A stretch of DNA of 54,132 nucleotides from a virus, in the IMG/VR virus record IMGVR_UViG_3300048834_000122, positions 1 to 54,132 of that record, one strand, 5' to 3'. Each line of letters starts with the position of its first letter. Position 1 is the stretch's first letter. The notes under the pieces are model-generated. The model was not told the DNA's origin, did no database searches, and saw only the letters and a list, made by a program, of their open reading frames with translations. A program made the translations under genes and the position numbers. Shown here piece by piece: positions 7,056 to 16,260 of this stretch.

Positions 7056-8734
7056 TGGCATGGGACTTGTCCCGCCCGGACTGGTGGGAACGCCTCCAGA
7101 CCGGGCGGTCACTGCTGCCCGACATGAGCCTCACCCCGGATGGAGACCGGGCGGTTCGCATCTTCAACAAGCTCCGACTGGCAGACGTCCCCGGCACGCC
7201 CACGCTGGAAGAGGCCGGCGGAGATTGGTTCCGCGACATCGTCCGCGCGATGTTCGGTTGCGTTGATCCGCTGACCGGGGACCGCAACATCCGCGAGCTA
7301 TTCGCCCTCGTGGCGAAGAAGAATTCGAAGACCACGAATGGCGCGCTGATGATGGTCACCGCGCTACTGATGAACAAGCGGCCGCGGGCATCGTTCGTCA
7401 TGACGGCACCGGTGCAGGACGTGGCGCAGTTAGCGTTCGACGCTGCTGCTGGCGCGATCGACCTCGATCCGGTGCTGGCGAAGAAGTTCCACGTCCGAAA
7501 CCACCTGAAGACGATCCTGCACCGGGAGACGAACGCGTCGCTCGAAATCATGACGTTCGATCCAGCGGTTCTGACCGGCCAGAAGGTGTCCGGCGGTGCG
7601 CTGATCGACGAGCTCCATGTCTGCGCGAAGATGCCCAAGGCGCCCAAGGCGCTGCGGCAGCTGCGTGGCGGCATGGTCCCGTTCCCGGAGGCGTTCCTGG
7701 CCTTCATCACGACGCAGAGCGACGACCCGCCGGTCGGGGTCTTCGCCGACGAGTTGCAGAAGGCGCGCGACATCCGCGACGGCAAGCGCGAAGGCGCGAT
7801 GCTGCCGGTGCTGTACGAGTTCCCCGAGGAGGTCCAAACCTCGAAGGATCGGCAATGGGAGCGTTCGGACCTGTGGCCGCTGGTAACACCGAACATCGGC
7901 AAGTCGGTCACGCTGAAGCGGCTGATAGAGGACCACCGCGAGGCGAAGGACACCTCCGAGAGCGAGATGAGGATATGGGCATCCCAGCACCTCAACGTGC
8001 AGATCGGGATGGCGCTGTCGGCAACGGCCTGGGCCGGCGCCGAGTTCTGGGAGCGGTGCGCCGAGCCGGCGCTCACCCTGGACTCGCTGCTGGAGCGGTC
8101 CGAGGTCTGCACCATCGGTATCGACGGCGGCGGTCTGGACGACCTGCTGGGGCTGGTGGTGCTGGGGCGGGAAGCCGGGACACGGCGCTGGCTCTGGTGG
8201 GCGCATGCGTGGGCGCACGAGATCGTCTTGGAGCGCCGCAAGGAACTGGAGCCGAAGCTGCGCGACCTCGAGGCCGCCGGCGACCTGACTATCGTCAAGG
8301 TGCCGGGGGACGACGTCGCGGAGGTGACCGCCATCGTGGCGCGGGTCGGCAAGGCCGAACTGCTGCCGGATGAGGACGCCATCGGGGTGGACGCGGTCGG
8401 CATCGGCGAGATCGTCGATTCGCTGACGGCGCCGGAGGTTGGATTCAACCTGCAGCAGATCGTCGCGGTGTCGCAGGGCTGGAAGCTAAGCGGCGCGATC
8501 AAGACCACGGAGCGGAATCTGGCGGGCAAGAGCATCGTTCACGGCGGGCAGCCGCTGATGTCCTGGTGCTGCGGCAATGCGAAGGTGTCGCCCGCGGGCA
8601 ACGCCATCACGATCACGAAACAGGTCGCCGGTACCGCGAAGATCGACCCGCTGATGGCGGGGTTCAACGCGGTGTCGCTGATGTCGCTGAATCCGGCCAG
8701 CCGACGCGACACGCTCCAAATCCACATCTTCTGA
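7055..8734 (+). CDS. terL: Terminase large subunit
   Basis: 559 aa, with N-terminal ATPase and C-terminal nuclease regions typical of HK97-type large terminases (for example VCTIGIDGGGLDDLLGLVVLG). Position fits. Confidence 0.9.
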   Translation: MAWDLSRPDWWERLQTGRSLLPDMSLTPDGDRAVRIFNKLRLADVPGTPTLEEAGGDWFRDIVRAMFGCVDPLTGDRNIRELFALVAKKNSKTTNGALMMVTALLMNKRPRASFVMTAPVQDVAQLAFDAAAGAIDLDPVLAKKFHVRNHLKTILHRETNASLEIMTFDPAVLTGQKVSGGALIDELHVCAKMPKAPKALRQLRGGMVPFPEAFLAFITTQSDDPPVGVFADELQKARDIRDGKREGAMLPVLYEFPEEVQTSKDRQWERSDLWPLVTPNIGKSVTLKRLIEDHREAKDTSESEMRIWASQHLNVQIGMALSATAWAGAEFWERCAEPALTLDSLLERSEVCTIGIDGGGLDDLLGLVVLGREAGTRRWLWWAHAWAHEIVLERRKELEPKLRDLEAAGDLTIVKVPGDDVAEVTAIVARVGKAELLPDEDAIGVDAVGIGEIVDSLTAPEVGFNLQQIVAVSQGWKLSGAIKTTERNLAGKSIVHGGQPLMSWCCGNAKVSPAGNAITITKQVAGTAKIDPLMAGFNAVSLMSLNPASRRDTLQIHIF

Positions 8735-8756
8735 CCAACCCTCAGAGCCACATCCG

Positions 8757-8782
8757 AAGCCCCGCCACGTGCGGGGCTTTTT
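8757..8782 (+). terminator. Intrinsic terminator after terL
   Basis: AAGCCCCGC-cacgt-GCGGGGCTT followed by TTT. Confidence 0.75.
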
Positions 8783-8795
8783 GCTGGAGCAAGAC

Positions 8796-10835
8796 ATGGA
8801 AAAGATGCAGCGCGCCTACTCGGTGTTCGAGGTCAAGTCGATGGACGGCGACCGCCGGACCTTCAAGGGCTGGGCGACGACGCCAGCGGTGGACCGCATG
8901 GGCGACGAAATCGACCCGATGGGCGCCAAGTTCAAGAACCCGCTGGCGCTGCTTCACCAGCACCGCCACGACTCGCCGATTGGCACCGTTCGCTTCAGCA
9001 AGCCGACCGCGAAGGGCATCGAGTTCGAGGCCGAGATCGCGGTGATCGATGAGCCAGGTCCGCTGAAGGATCGTGTCGATACCGCATGGGGCGAGATCAA
9101 GCATGGCCTGGTGCGCGGCGTGAGTATCGGCTTCCGACCGCTGAAATACGCATTCAAGGAAGACGGCGGCATCGAGTTCAAGGAGATCGAGATCATCGAA
9201 CTCTCCAGCGTCACCATCCCCGCGCTTCCGGAAGCCGTCATCACGCAGGTGCGTTCGATGTCCGGCGGCCCGATCCCGCGCGATGTGATCCAGACCATCA
9301 AGAGCATCGACACCGACCTCCGCGCCGCGCCCGGCACTTCGGAAGTTGGCGTCAGCAATCGTCCCGGCGTCGCGGGGCACAAGCCGAAGGTCGTCCGGCC
9401 ATCGGTCTCACTGAAATCAAACGACAAGGACACTGCAATGAACGTGCAGGACCAGATCAACAAGTTCCAGGCGCTCCGCGACAAGAAGGCCGCCGACATG
9501 GCGGCGATCATGGAGAAGTCCGCCGAGACCGGCGAGACCCTGAGCGCGGAGCAGGAAGAGCAGTACGACACCCTCGGCGCCGAACTCGAGGCGATCGACA
9601 AGCACCTGGACCGCCTGAAGACCCACGAGAAGTCGCTGGTCGCCGGCGCCCGCACGGTCGAAGGCGGAAACGCCGAGCGAGGTACGCAGGCGCGCGGTGC
9701 TGGCGTCGGTGCTGGCAGCGGCCCGACGATCATCGTCAAGCGCGACCAGGACGAGAAGTTCAAGGGCCAGAACTACACCCGTCTCGTCATCGCGAAGGCG
9801 CTGGCGCGTCTCGAGGACACCAGCCCGATCGCTATCGCGCAGCGTCGCTGGGGCCAGACCAATCCGACCCTGGTCGCATTGGTGAAGGCAGCCGTCGAGG
9901 GCGGCAGTTCCGTCACCGGCGAGTGGGGCGCGGAGCTCGTGCAGGCCAACACTCAGTACACCGGGGACTTCATCGAGTTCCTGTATTCGAAGACGGTGTT
10001 CGATCGCCTGCCGCTGCGCCAGATCCCGGCCAACGTCGCCATCAAGGGCCAGGACGGCGCCGCCACTGCTTACTGGGTCGGCCAGTCGAAGGCGATCCCG
10101 GCCACGAAGGCAGATTTCAGCACCGTCAACCTGACCCCGCTGAAGGTCGCCGCGCTGGCGGTGGTCTCCAACGAGCTGCTGCGTGATTCCAGCCCTTCCG
10201 CCGAGATGCTGGTGCGTGATGCGCTGGTGAACGCCTCGGCACAGCGCGTCGACACGACCTTCCTGTCCGCCACCGCGGCGAGCAACGGCGTGTCGCCGGC
10301 CGGCATCCTGAACGGCGTTTCGGCGATCGCGAGCGCCGGCAGCGACATCGAAGGCGTCATCGCGGACGTGAAGGCGCTCTATGCTGCCTTCATCACCGCG
10401 AAGAACGCGGAAGGCCTGCAGTTCGTGACCACGCCATCGCTCGCGAAGGCACTGTCCCTGATGCAGAACGCCCTGGGCAACTTCGCCTTCCCGTCGGTCA
10501 CCGCCGGCGGCGGCAGCCTGCTTGGCGACCCGATGGTGACTGGCGACAACGTTGGTGCCGGCGACCTGATCCTGCTGAAGCCGTCCGACATCTACCGGAT
10601 CGGCGACTACGGCATCGAGGTCTCGATCTCCCGCGAAGCCACCATCGAGCAGGACAGCGAGCCGACCGGCGCCACCGATGTGCCGACCGGCATGACCGGG
10701 ACGAACATGACCTCGATGTTCCAAGAGGAATCGACCGCCATCAAGGTGGTGCGTCCGATCAACTTCGCCAAGCGCCGCGCGTCTGCGGTGGCCTACGTCG
10801 GCGATGCCGACTACGGCAACTTGACCTCGTCCTGA
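8796..10835 (+). CDS. Prohead protease fused in frame to HK97-type major capsid protein
   Basis: The N-terminus (LALLHQHRHDSPIGTV...IELSSVTIPALPEA) is protease-like. From MNVQDQINKFQALRDKKAADMAAI onward it reads as a delta domain plus capsid fold. ATG 8796 chosen because GTG 8769 lies inside the terminator. Confidence 0.85.
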   Translation: MEKMQRAYSVFEVKSMDGDRRTFKGWATTPAVDRMGDEIDPMGAKFKNPLALLHQHRHDSPIGTVRFSKPTAKGIEFEAEIAVIDEPGPLKDRVDTAWGEIKHGLVRGVSIGFRPLKYAFKEDGGIEFKEIEIIELSSVTIPALPEAVITQVRSMSGGPIPRDVIQTIKSIDTDLRAAPGTSEVGVSNRPGVAGHKPKVVRPSVSLKSNDKDTAMNVQDQINKFQALRDKKAADMAAIMEKSAETGETLSAEQEEQYDTLGAELEAIDKHLDRLKTHEKSLVAGARTVEGGNAERGTQARGAGVGAGSGPTIIVKRDQDEKFKGQNYTRLVIAKALARLEDTSPIAIAQRRWGQTNPTLVALVKAAVEGGSSVTGEWGAELVQANTQYTGDFIEFLYSKTVFDRLPLRQIPANVAIKGQDGAATAYWVGQSKAIPATKADFSTVNLTPLKVAALAVVSNELLRDSSPSAEMLVRDALVNASAQRVDTTFLSATAASNGVSPAGILNGVSAIASAGSDIEGVIADVKALYAAFITAKNAEGLQFVTTPSLAKALSLMQNALGNFAFPSVTAGGGSLLGDPMVTGDNVGAGDLILLKPSDIYRIGDYGIEVSISREATIEQDSEPTGATDVPTGMTGTNMTSMFQEESTAIKVVRPINFAKRRASAVAYVGDADYGNLTSS

Positions 10836-10858
10836 TCGCTGCTGGTCTGTAGAACGCG

Positions 10859-10886
10859 AGGCCGCCCTGCGGGGCGGCTTCGTTTT
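10859..10886 (+). terminator. Intrinsic terminator after the capsid gene
   Basis: AGGCCGCCC-tgcg-GGGCGGCTT followed by cgTTTT. Confidence 0.7.
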
Positions 10887-10899
10887 AGGGAGTCGGAAC

Positions 10900-11178
10900 A
10901 TGGCGAAAGAAGAACTGAAGGCGAAGAAGGCCTTCAACTACGGTGGCCGTCGGCTGAAGGTCGGCGACCAATTCCAGGCGCCGCCATCGCACGCGAAGGT
11001 GCTGCGCCTCGCTGGCAACGCCGAGGCCTACGTCGCACCGGTGATGCAGGCAGAAACCCCGCGCACTACTGCGCGCAAGAATCCAGCGGGGGCGGCGAAT
11101 CCGCCGGCCGCGCCGCGCGCGCGAGTCTATCGCCGCCGCGACATGACGCCTGGCGCTGGTGCGCCGGCAGAGGACTGA
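10900..11178 (+). CDS. Hypothetical head-module protein (92 aa)
   Basis: ATG preceded by GGGAG. Has a Pro/Ala-rich C-terminus. Confidence 0.5.
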   Translation: MAKEELKAKKAFNYGGRRLKVGDQFQAPPSHAKVLRLAGNAEAYVAPVMQAETPRTTARKNPAGAANPPAAPRARVYRRRDMTPGAGAPAED

Positions 11179-11179
11179 G

Positions 11180-11356
11180 ATGAAGATTCGCGCCCTTCTG
11201 CTTTCGCCGGAATTGTGGCTGGCGCTGGTGTTTCTCGCTGGCGCATCGCTGGTGACTTCTGGCGTTGCAATGCAGTGGGGCGCGAGTTGGGCGTTGATCG
11301 TGATGGGGGCCTTCCTTTTGTGGGTCGCGGCGTTCATCCGGAAGGGCCTGAGCTGA
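11180..11356 (+). CDS. Small 2-TM membrane protein (58 aa)
   Basis: Contains LWLALVFLAGASLVTSGV and WALIVMGAFLLWVAAFI. Confidence 0.45.
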   Translation: MKIRALLLSPELWLALVFLAGASLVTSGVAMQWGASWALIVMGAFLLWVAAFIRKGLS

Positions 11357-11357
11357 T

Positions 11358-12719
11358 ATGGGCGGCATGACCATTTTCGGCGTTGTCCAGAAAGCCATCG
11401 GCGGCCGCGGCTCGCTGAGCCCGGTGGACGATAGTCGCGGCTGGCACGTCATCCAAGAGTTCTTCCCTGGAGCGTTCCAAGCGGACGAGAAGGTCAGCGT
11501 CGAATCGCAACTGTCCTTCTTCGCGGTCTACGCCTGCGTGACGCTGATCAGCAGTGACATGGGCAAGCTGCGGCAGATGCTGGTGGAAAAGACCACCGAC
11601 GGCATCTGGCAGGAAGTGTCGAGCCCGGCATTCTCGCCGGTGCTCCGGAATCCGAACCGGTACCAGAACCATATCCAGTTCAAGCAGACCTGGGCGATCT
11701 CGAAGCTCACCCGCGGCAATACCTATGGGCTGAAGGTGCGGGACGCCCGCGGCGTGGTCACCAGCATCTACATCCTCGATCCCGATCGCGTGACGCCGAT
11801 GGTGGCCGTGGATGGCTCGATCTTCTACGCGCTCTCCCAGGACAACCTGAGTGGGATCGAGCAGGCGCAGGTCGTCGTGCCGGCGTCGGAGATCATCCAC
11901 GACCGCATGAATTGTCTGTACCACCCGCTGGTTGGCATCTCGCCGCTGTATGCATGCGCGCTGGCCTCGCAACAGGGTCTGGCGATCCAGCGACAGACGC
12001 GGAACATGTTCAAGAACGGCGGTCGCCCGGCCGGCATCCTGACCGCGCCGGCGCAGATCGGCAACGAGAAGGCCGCAGAACTGAAGGCGCGCTGGGACGA
12101 AACCTACGGCCCGAACGGCACCGGTGGAACCGCGGTCCTCGGCAACGACCTGAAATACGAAGCGCTGGTCATGAAGTCGGTCGACGCGCAGCTTGTCGAG
12201 CAGCTGAAGCTGACCGCCGAGCAGGTCTGCACCGCGTTCCGCGTTCCCCCCTTCAAGATCGCAGTCGGCCAGATGCCGACGTTCCAGAACGGCGAAGTGT
12301 TGAACCAGATCTATTACGACAACTGCCTGCAGTCGATGATCGAAGAGTACGAGGTCTGCATGGACGAGGGCCTCGGCATCGGCGAAGGTCTGAAGGTCCA
12401 AGGCCGCGAACTCGGTATCGAGCTCGACCTCGACGGGCTGATGCGCATGGATAGCGAGCGCAAGATCAAGGCGCTGTCCGAAGGCGTGAAGGGCTCACTG
12501 ATTAAGATCAACGAGGGCCGCAAGAAGCTGGACCTTCCGAAGGTCGAAGGCGGCGACGACATCTACATGCAGGTGCAGTACGTCCCGCTCGGGACGCCGC
12601 CTGCGCCTGCAGCTGAGCCACCTGCGCTGCCTGATCCGCCGATCGACGATCCCGATGAAACCGACAAGGCGTTGGCGCTGCTGTGGAAGCGTTCGCCGGA
12701 GACCCTGACCCATGCTTGA
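11358..12719 (+). CDS. Portal protein (HK97 family)
   Basis: 453 aa. Contains VYACVTLISSDMGKL...NPNRYQN...GNTYG...ILDP...LKYEALVMKSVDAQLVEQLKL, which is portal-typical. Confidence 0.9.
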   Translation: MGGMTIFGVVQKAIGGRGSLSPVDDSRGWHVIQEFFPGAFQADEKVSVESQLSFFAVYACVTLISSDMGKLRQMLVEKTTDGIWQEVSSPAFSPVLRNPNRYQNHIQFKQTWAISKLTRGNTYGLKVRDARGVVTSIYILDPDRVTPMVAVDGSIFYALSQDNLSGIEQAQVVVPASEIIHDRMNCLYHPLVGISPLYACALASQQGLAIQRQTRNMFKNGGRPAGILTAPAQIGNEKAAELKARWDETYGPNGTGGTAVLGNDLKYEALVMKSVDAQLVEQLKLTAEQVCTAFRVPPFKIAVGQMPTFQNGEVLNQIYYDNCLQSMIEEYEVCMDEGLGIGEGLKVQGRELGIELDLDGLMRMDSERKIKALSEGVKGSLIKINEGRKKLDLPKVEGGDDIYMQVQYVPLGTPPAPAAEPPALPDPPIDDPDETDKALALLWKRSPETLTHA

Positions 12720-13635
12720 CGTGACGAAGTTCGTCGGCGAGTTGCACGACTACATCGGGCGCGCGCTGGCACCCATTGCCGACAGGCTCAAGCGCTTGGA
12801 GGATCGTGCGCCGGAACGCGGCGAGAAGGGCGAGCAAGGGCAGACGGGTCGCGATGGCATCGATGGCGCTACCGGTGTTGCTGGTGAGCCCGGGCAACCC
12901 GGCGAACGCGGTGAGAAGGGCGAGCCGGGGGAGCGTGGCGAAGCGGGCAAGGATGCTGAGCCCGTCGATGTGGCTGCTGTGGCTGATGCGGTAATCGCGA
13001 AGCTGCTGGCATCGGACCGGCTGAAAACCTTGGCCGAAGTGTCGGCGGCATCGGCGGTGGCCGAGCACTTCGAGGCCAATCCGATCCAGCATGGCCGGGA
13101 CGGCAAGGATGGCGAGCGAGGGATGCAGGGCGAGCGCGGCGTCCAGGGTGATGCTGGCCAGCGCGGGACGGATGGTGCGGACGGTGTTGGCATGGCTGGC
13201 GCGATCATCGATCGAACCGGCGCCCTGGTGATCACCACCACGAAGGGCGATGCGATTCCGCTGGGCTGCGTGGTCGGCAAGGACGGTGAGGCCGGCAAAG
13301 ACGGCCGCGATGGGTTCAGCCTAGACGACCTCGCAATCGAAGACGACGGCGATGGCACGATCACGCTGCGCTTCATCCGCGGCGACCTATTGCGCGAGAA
13401 GCAGATTCGTTATCCCCGTGGCGATCGCGGCGTGTTCAAGGATGGCGAGACCTACCGCAAGGGCGATGGCGCCACGTTCGGCGGCAGCTGGTGGGTCGCG
13501 CAGGTCGACAGCCCAGAGGGTTCGCCCGGGGTCTCGAAGGACTGGCGCCTGGCGGTGAAGAAGGGCCGCGACGGCAAGGATGGCCGCAACGGCATCGACA
13601 AGACCGCGCCGGCGAAGCTGGAAGCCTCGAAGTGA
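12712..13635 (+). CDS. Collagen-like triple-helix repeat protein with C-terminal carbohydrate-binding-like module
   Basis: Gly-X-Y runs (GEKGEQGQTGRDGIDGATGVAGEPGQPGERGEKGEPGERGEAGKD; GRDGKDGERGMQGERGVQGDAGQRGTDGADG). C-terminal YRKGDGATFGGSWWVAQ...W resembles CBM5/12. Confidence 0.8.
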   Translation: MLDVTKFVGELHDYIGRALAPIADRLKRLEDRAPERGEKGEQGQTGRDGIDGATGVAGEPGQPGERGEKGEPGERGEAGKDAEPVDVAAVADAVIAKLLASDRLKTLAEVSAASAVAEHFEANPIQHGRDGKDGERGMQGERGVQGDAGQRGTDGADGVGMAGAIIDRTGALVITTTKGDAIPLGCVVGKDGEAGKDGRDGFSLDDLAIEDDGDGTITLRFIRGDLLREKQIRYPRGDRGVFKDGETYRKGDGATFGGSWWVAQVDSPEGSPGVSKDWRLAVKKGRDGKDGRNGIDKTAPAKLEASK

Positions 13636-14015
13636 GCCGCAACCTGCTGACGCTGGAACAAGCGAAGCGCCACCTGAACATCGACGTCTATGCCGACGCC
13701 GAATCCTCGTCGTCGGACACCGATCCCGAGGCCGGCATCCACGACGCCGAGATCCTCGAGAAGATCGAGGAGGCGTCCGAGGTCATCCTGAAGCACCTGA
13801 AGTCGGCCGATTTCCTCGATTCCGACGGATTCGTTCCGGTCGACAGCGAAGACCGGCCGGAGATTCCGGGAAACGTGCGCGCCGCGGCGAAGCTGATGCT
13901 CGGCTATCTGTGGGAGCACCGCGACGAGGACGCCGAAGGGGCCTACCAGGACGCGAACCTGCCGCAGGGTGTCCGCGCGCTGCTGGCGGCCGATCGAGTT
14001 CCGACGCTCGCATGA
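13632..14015 (+). CDS. Head-tail connector (gp6-like)
   Basis: The N-terminal LTLEQAKRHLNID motif is typical of gp6-like connector proteins. GTGA overlap with the upstream gene. Confidence 0.7.
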   Translation: MSRNLLTLEQAKRHLNIDVYADAESSSSDTDPEAGIHDAEILEKIEEASEVILKHLKSADFLDSDGFVPVDSEDRPEIPGNVRAAAKLMLGYLWEHRDEDAEGAYQDANLPQGVRALLAADRVPTLA

Positions 14016-14221
14016 TCGCCGGGATTTTCATCGGGTTGGCGATCGCCGCGGTCCTGTGGATGTCGTGGCACCTGTCGCCGCTGGGTGATCCCGAAACAGG
14101 AGCGGGAAGGCAAGAGTTCCGCGAAGGCTCCATGCGTTCGAACGTGAAGCGATACGGCAGGAACGGGCCGCCACCTTGTCCGAAACCACCCCCGCCACCG
14201 AATCCTCCGCGCACTCGCTGA
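14012..14221 (+). CDS. Small TM protein with Pro-rich tail (69 aa)
   Basis: MIAGIFIGLAIAAVLWMSW at the N-terminus and ...GPPPCPKPPPPPNPP at the C-terminus. Confidence 0.45.
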   Translation: MIAGIFIGLAIAAVLWMSWHLSPLGDPETGAGRQEFREGSMRSNVKRYGRNGPPPCPKPPPPPNPPRTR

Positions 14222-14222
14222 C

Positions 14223-14759
14223 GTGTCTCGCTGGTTCGTCCTTGCACCTGGTCCTTCGATGAGCCGGGAGGTCGCCGATCGCGTCCGTGGTGAGAACGTG
14301 GTGGTGGTCGGCAACGCTTTCGAACTGGCGCCATGGGCCGCCGGGCTGGTGGCGAACGACAAGGTCTGGTGGACCGAGCATCCGGCGGCACGCAAGTTCG
14401 CCGGTCGGAAGTTCACCACGAAGACGCTCAGCGGCATCGAGCGTCATCGCGGGAAAGGGGTCGGCGGCGATTCGAACTCGGGAATGCTCGGGATCGACGT
14501 CGCCGTCGAGGTGTTCAAGGCGTCGCAGGTGCTGCTGCTGGGGTTCGATTTCCAGGGCACGCACTTCTTCGGTCGGTACACGAATGGCTGCAGCAACACG
14601 ACTGTGGCGAGTCGGGTCAAGCACCACCGCCAGATGAAGGTCTGGCGAATGCTGCACCCGAAAGTGGATGTGGTGAACCTGACGCCAGGGTCGGCGTTGC
14701 GCGTGTTTCCGATGGCAGAGCTCGATGCCTACGTTCCTCCGCAACGCCTCGTGGCATGA
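14223..14759 (+). CDS. MptE/DUF115-like (Maf-type) putative sugar transferase
   Basis: LAPGPS, VVVVGNA and GGDSNSGMLGIDVAVEVFKASQVLLLGFDFQG resemble the recalled DUF115 layout. Not searched. Confidence 0.4.
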   Translation: MSRWFVLAPGPSMSREVADRVRGENVVVVGNAFELAPWAAGLVANDKVWWTEHPAARKFAGRKFTTKTLSGIERHRGKGVGGDSNSGMLGIDVAVEVFKASQVLLLGFDFQGTHFFGRYTNGCSNTTVASRVKHHRQMKVWRMLHPKVDVVNLTPGSALRVFPMAELDAYVPPQRLVA

Positions 14760-15108
14760 GGTCGCCGCGCTATTTCCGCGCGAGGCCGATGCGATCCGGA
14801 ACGCGGATGGCTGGGCGGCGCGGTTCGGAGACGTGCCGCGGGAATACCGCCGGCGCCGGGTCGTGCTGGAGTCGTGGTCGGACGTGGAACTGGCGCACCT
14901 GATGCACGCCATGGCCGAGTTCGAACCACGGATGGTGTCGGACTGGGTCGACGGCGTGAACAACGCGCAGTTGCCACCACGGGTCGACGGCTTGCCGGCG
15001 GCGCTGGTGCGGTTTGGTGAACGGCTCGGGATGATCGATGGCAAGCACCGGGCGAACCGCTGGAAGCGCGTCGCGGGGCAGTACGCGGTTCTGGTGATCG
15101 AATGCTGA
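14725..15108 (+). CDS. ParB/Srx-fold-like protein
   Basis: GMIDGKHRANRW resembles the ParB N-terminal domain DGxHR motif. Confidence 0.4.
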   Translation: MPTFLRNASWHEVAALFPREADAIRNADGWAARFGDVPREYRRRRVVLESWSDVELAHLMHAMAEFEPRMVSDWVDGVNNAQLPPRVDGLPAALVRFGERLGMIDGKHRANRWKRVAGQYAVLVIEC

Positions 15109-15740
15109 GCATCGTGCTGACGTTCTACGGTCAACCGGCAATGCTGGCAGAGCAGGCGCGCATCTGGCGCGACTATCCGGCCGGTGTCGAGGTGATCGTC
15201 GTCGATGACGGTTCGGCAGTGCCTGCTGAGCCGCAGGCCGGCTCGTCGGGCTATCGCGTCGAGGTAGACATCCCTTGGCACCAGGACGGTGCCCGGAACC
15301 TCGGCGCGAGGATGGCGACGGGGGAATGGTTGCTGCTGCTGGACATCGATCATGCGATCAGCGCGTGCGAGCTTTCGCGCCTGCTGGCCCTGCTGCCGAT
15401 GTTGCCGCCCGGTACGGCGTTCAGGCCGAATAGGCGGTTGGTCGATGAAGCCTACCGGCTGACACCGGCGGCGAACATCTGGCTGATCCGCCGGAAGGAT
15501 TTCTGGCGGGTCGGAGGCTACGACGAGCGGCTCTGTGGCCACTACGGCACGGACCTCGAATTCCGGCCGAAGCTGAAGCGAACGCTGCGGGAGCGGGTGC
15601 TGCCGGTGGTGCTGGATGTCTATCGTCGGGACAACATCGCGGACGCGACGACGGCGGGGCTCGATCGCACCGTGGTGCAGCCACCGAGGTTGAAAGGCCC
15701 GCGCAAGGTGGTTGGGTTTCCGTGGAGTCGGGCGTGGTGA
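15102..15740 (+). CDS. Family-2-type (GT-A) glycosyltransferase
   Basis: SIVLTFYGQP...VIVVDDGS...LLLLDIDH (DxD)...WRVGGYDE. Confidence 0.75.
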   Translation: MLSIVLTFYGQPAMLAEQARIWRDYPAGVEVIVVDDGSAVPAEPQAGSSGYRVEVDIPWHQDGARNLGARMATGEWLLLLDIDHAISACELSRLLALLPMLPPGTAFRPNRRLVDEAYRLTPAANIWLIRRKDFWRVGGYDERLCGHYGTDLEFRPKLKRTLRERVLPVVLDVYRRDNIADATTAGLDRTVVQPPRLKGPRKVVGFPWSRAW

Positions 15741-15757
15741 AGGAGTAAAGTCGAGGA

Positions 15758-15958
15758 ATGGACATCATCGACACGAAGGCGATCAAGCTGGTTCGCAGGT
15801 GGCAGGACGCGCCGCGAAGCGCTTCCGACACTCAGGTCATCGAGGTCATGGGGCAGTCGCTTTGGTTCGCCATGTTGAGGCTGAAGATTAGTCTTCGTGA
15901 ACTTTTCAGGCCGCTGCGGAAGGTGACCAGGATGTTGCTTCGGAGGTTGCCTGCATGA
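15758..15958 (+). CDS. Hypothetical ORF in a low-G+C patch
   Basis: ATG preceded by GAGG. Composition differs from the rest of the genome, so coding status is uncertain. Confidence 0.3.
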   Translation: MDIIDTKAIKLVRRWQDAPRSASDTQVIEVMGQSLWFAMLRLKISLRELFRPLRKVTRMLLRRLPA

Positions 15959-16197
15959 AGGCAAAATTGCCGATTCTCTGGAACCACGATCACACCAAAC
16001 CGATAGGCTCCGTAGAGGCTGTTGACGGTGCGCTGAAGTTCAAGTTCAGCGAGGACGTGAAGATTACCCGTGAAAAAATGTTCGAAATATTCGGGGGTGC
16101 TGGAATCAGGGTCACAGAAATGGAAGAGATCGACGGCGTTGTCACCATCAAGTCAGGTGAGATTCTGGAGTTCTCGTTCCTCGCACTGCCGCCGTAA
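15955..16197 (+). CDS. Small protein with prohead-protease-like end motifs (80 aa)
   Basis: LPILWNHDHTKPIGSV and ILEFSFLALPP echo LALLHQHRHDSPIGTV and IIELSSVTIPALP of the protease at 8796. Lies in a low-G+C patch and is followed by a terminator. Confidence 0.4.
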   Translation: MKAKLPILWNHDHTKPIGSVEAVDGALKFKFSEDVKITREKMFEIFGGAGIRVTEMEEIDGVVTIKSGEILEFSFLALPP

Positions 16198-16223
16198 GCG
16201 CAAAGAACCAACAAGTTGATCAG

Positions 16224-16250
16224 AGGCCGCCGCAAGGCGGCCTTTTCATT
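16224..16250 (+). terminator. Intrinsic terminator inside the island
   Basis: AGGCCGCC-gcaa-GGCGGCCT followed by TTTcaTT. Confidence 0.75.
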
Positions 16251-16260
16251 GGGCGAGAGA

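Noticed and set aside
6679-8535. Long antisense ORFs opposite well-supported genes. Examples: 6679-8535(-), 9417-10937(-), 14028-15542(-), 29383-31185(-), 33181-34857(-), 42351-44066(+), 40902-41873(+).
   Set aside because: These are typical high-G+C shadow ORFs. Their products are Arg/Ala/Pro-rich and low in complexity, they fully overlap genes with clear family motifs, and they show the wrong third-position bias.
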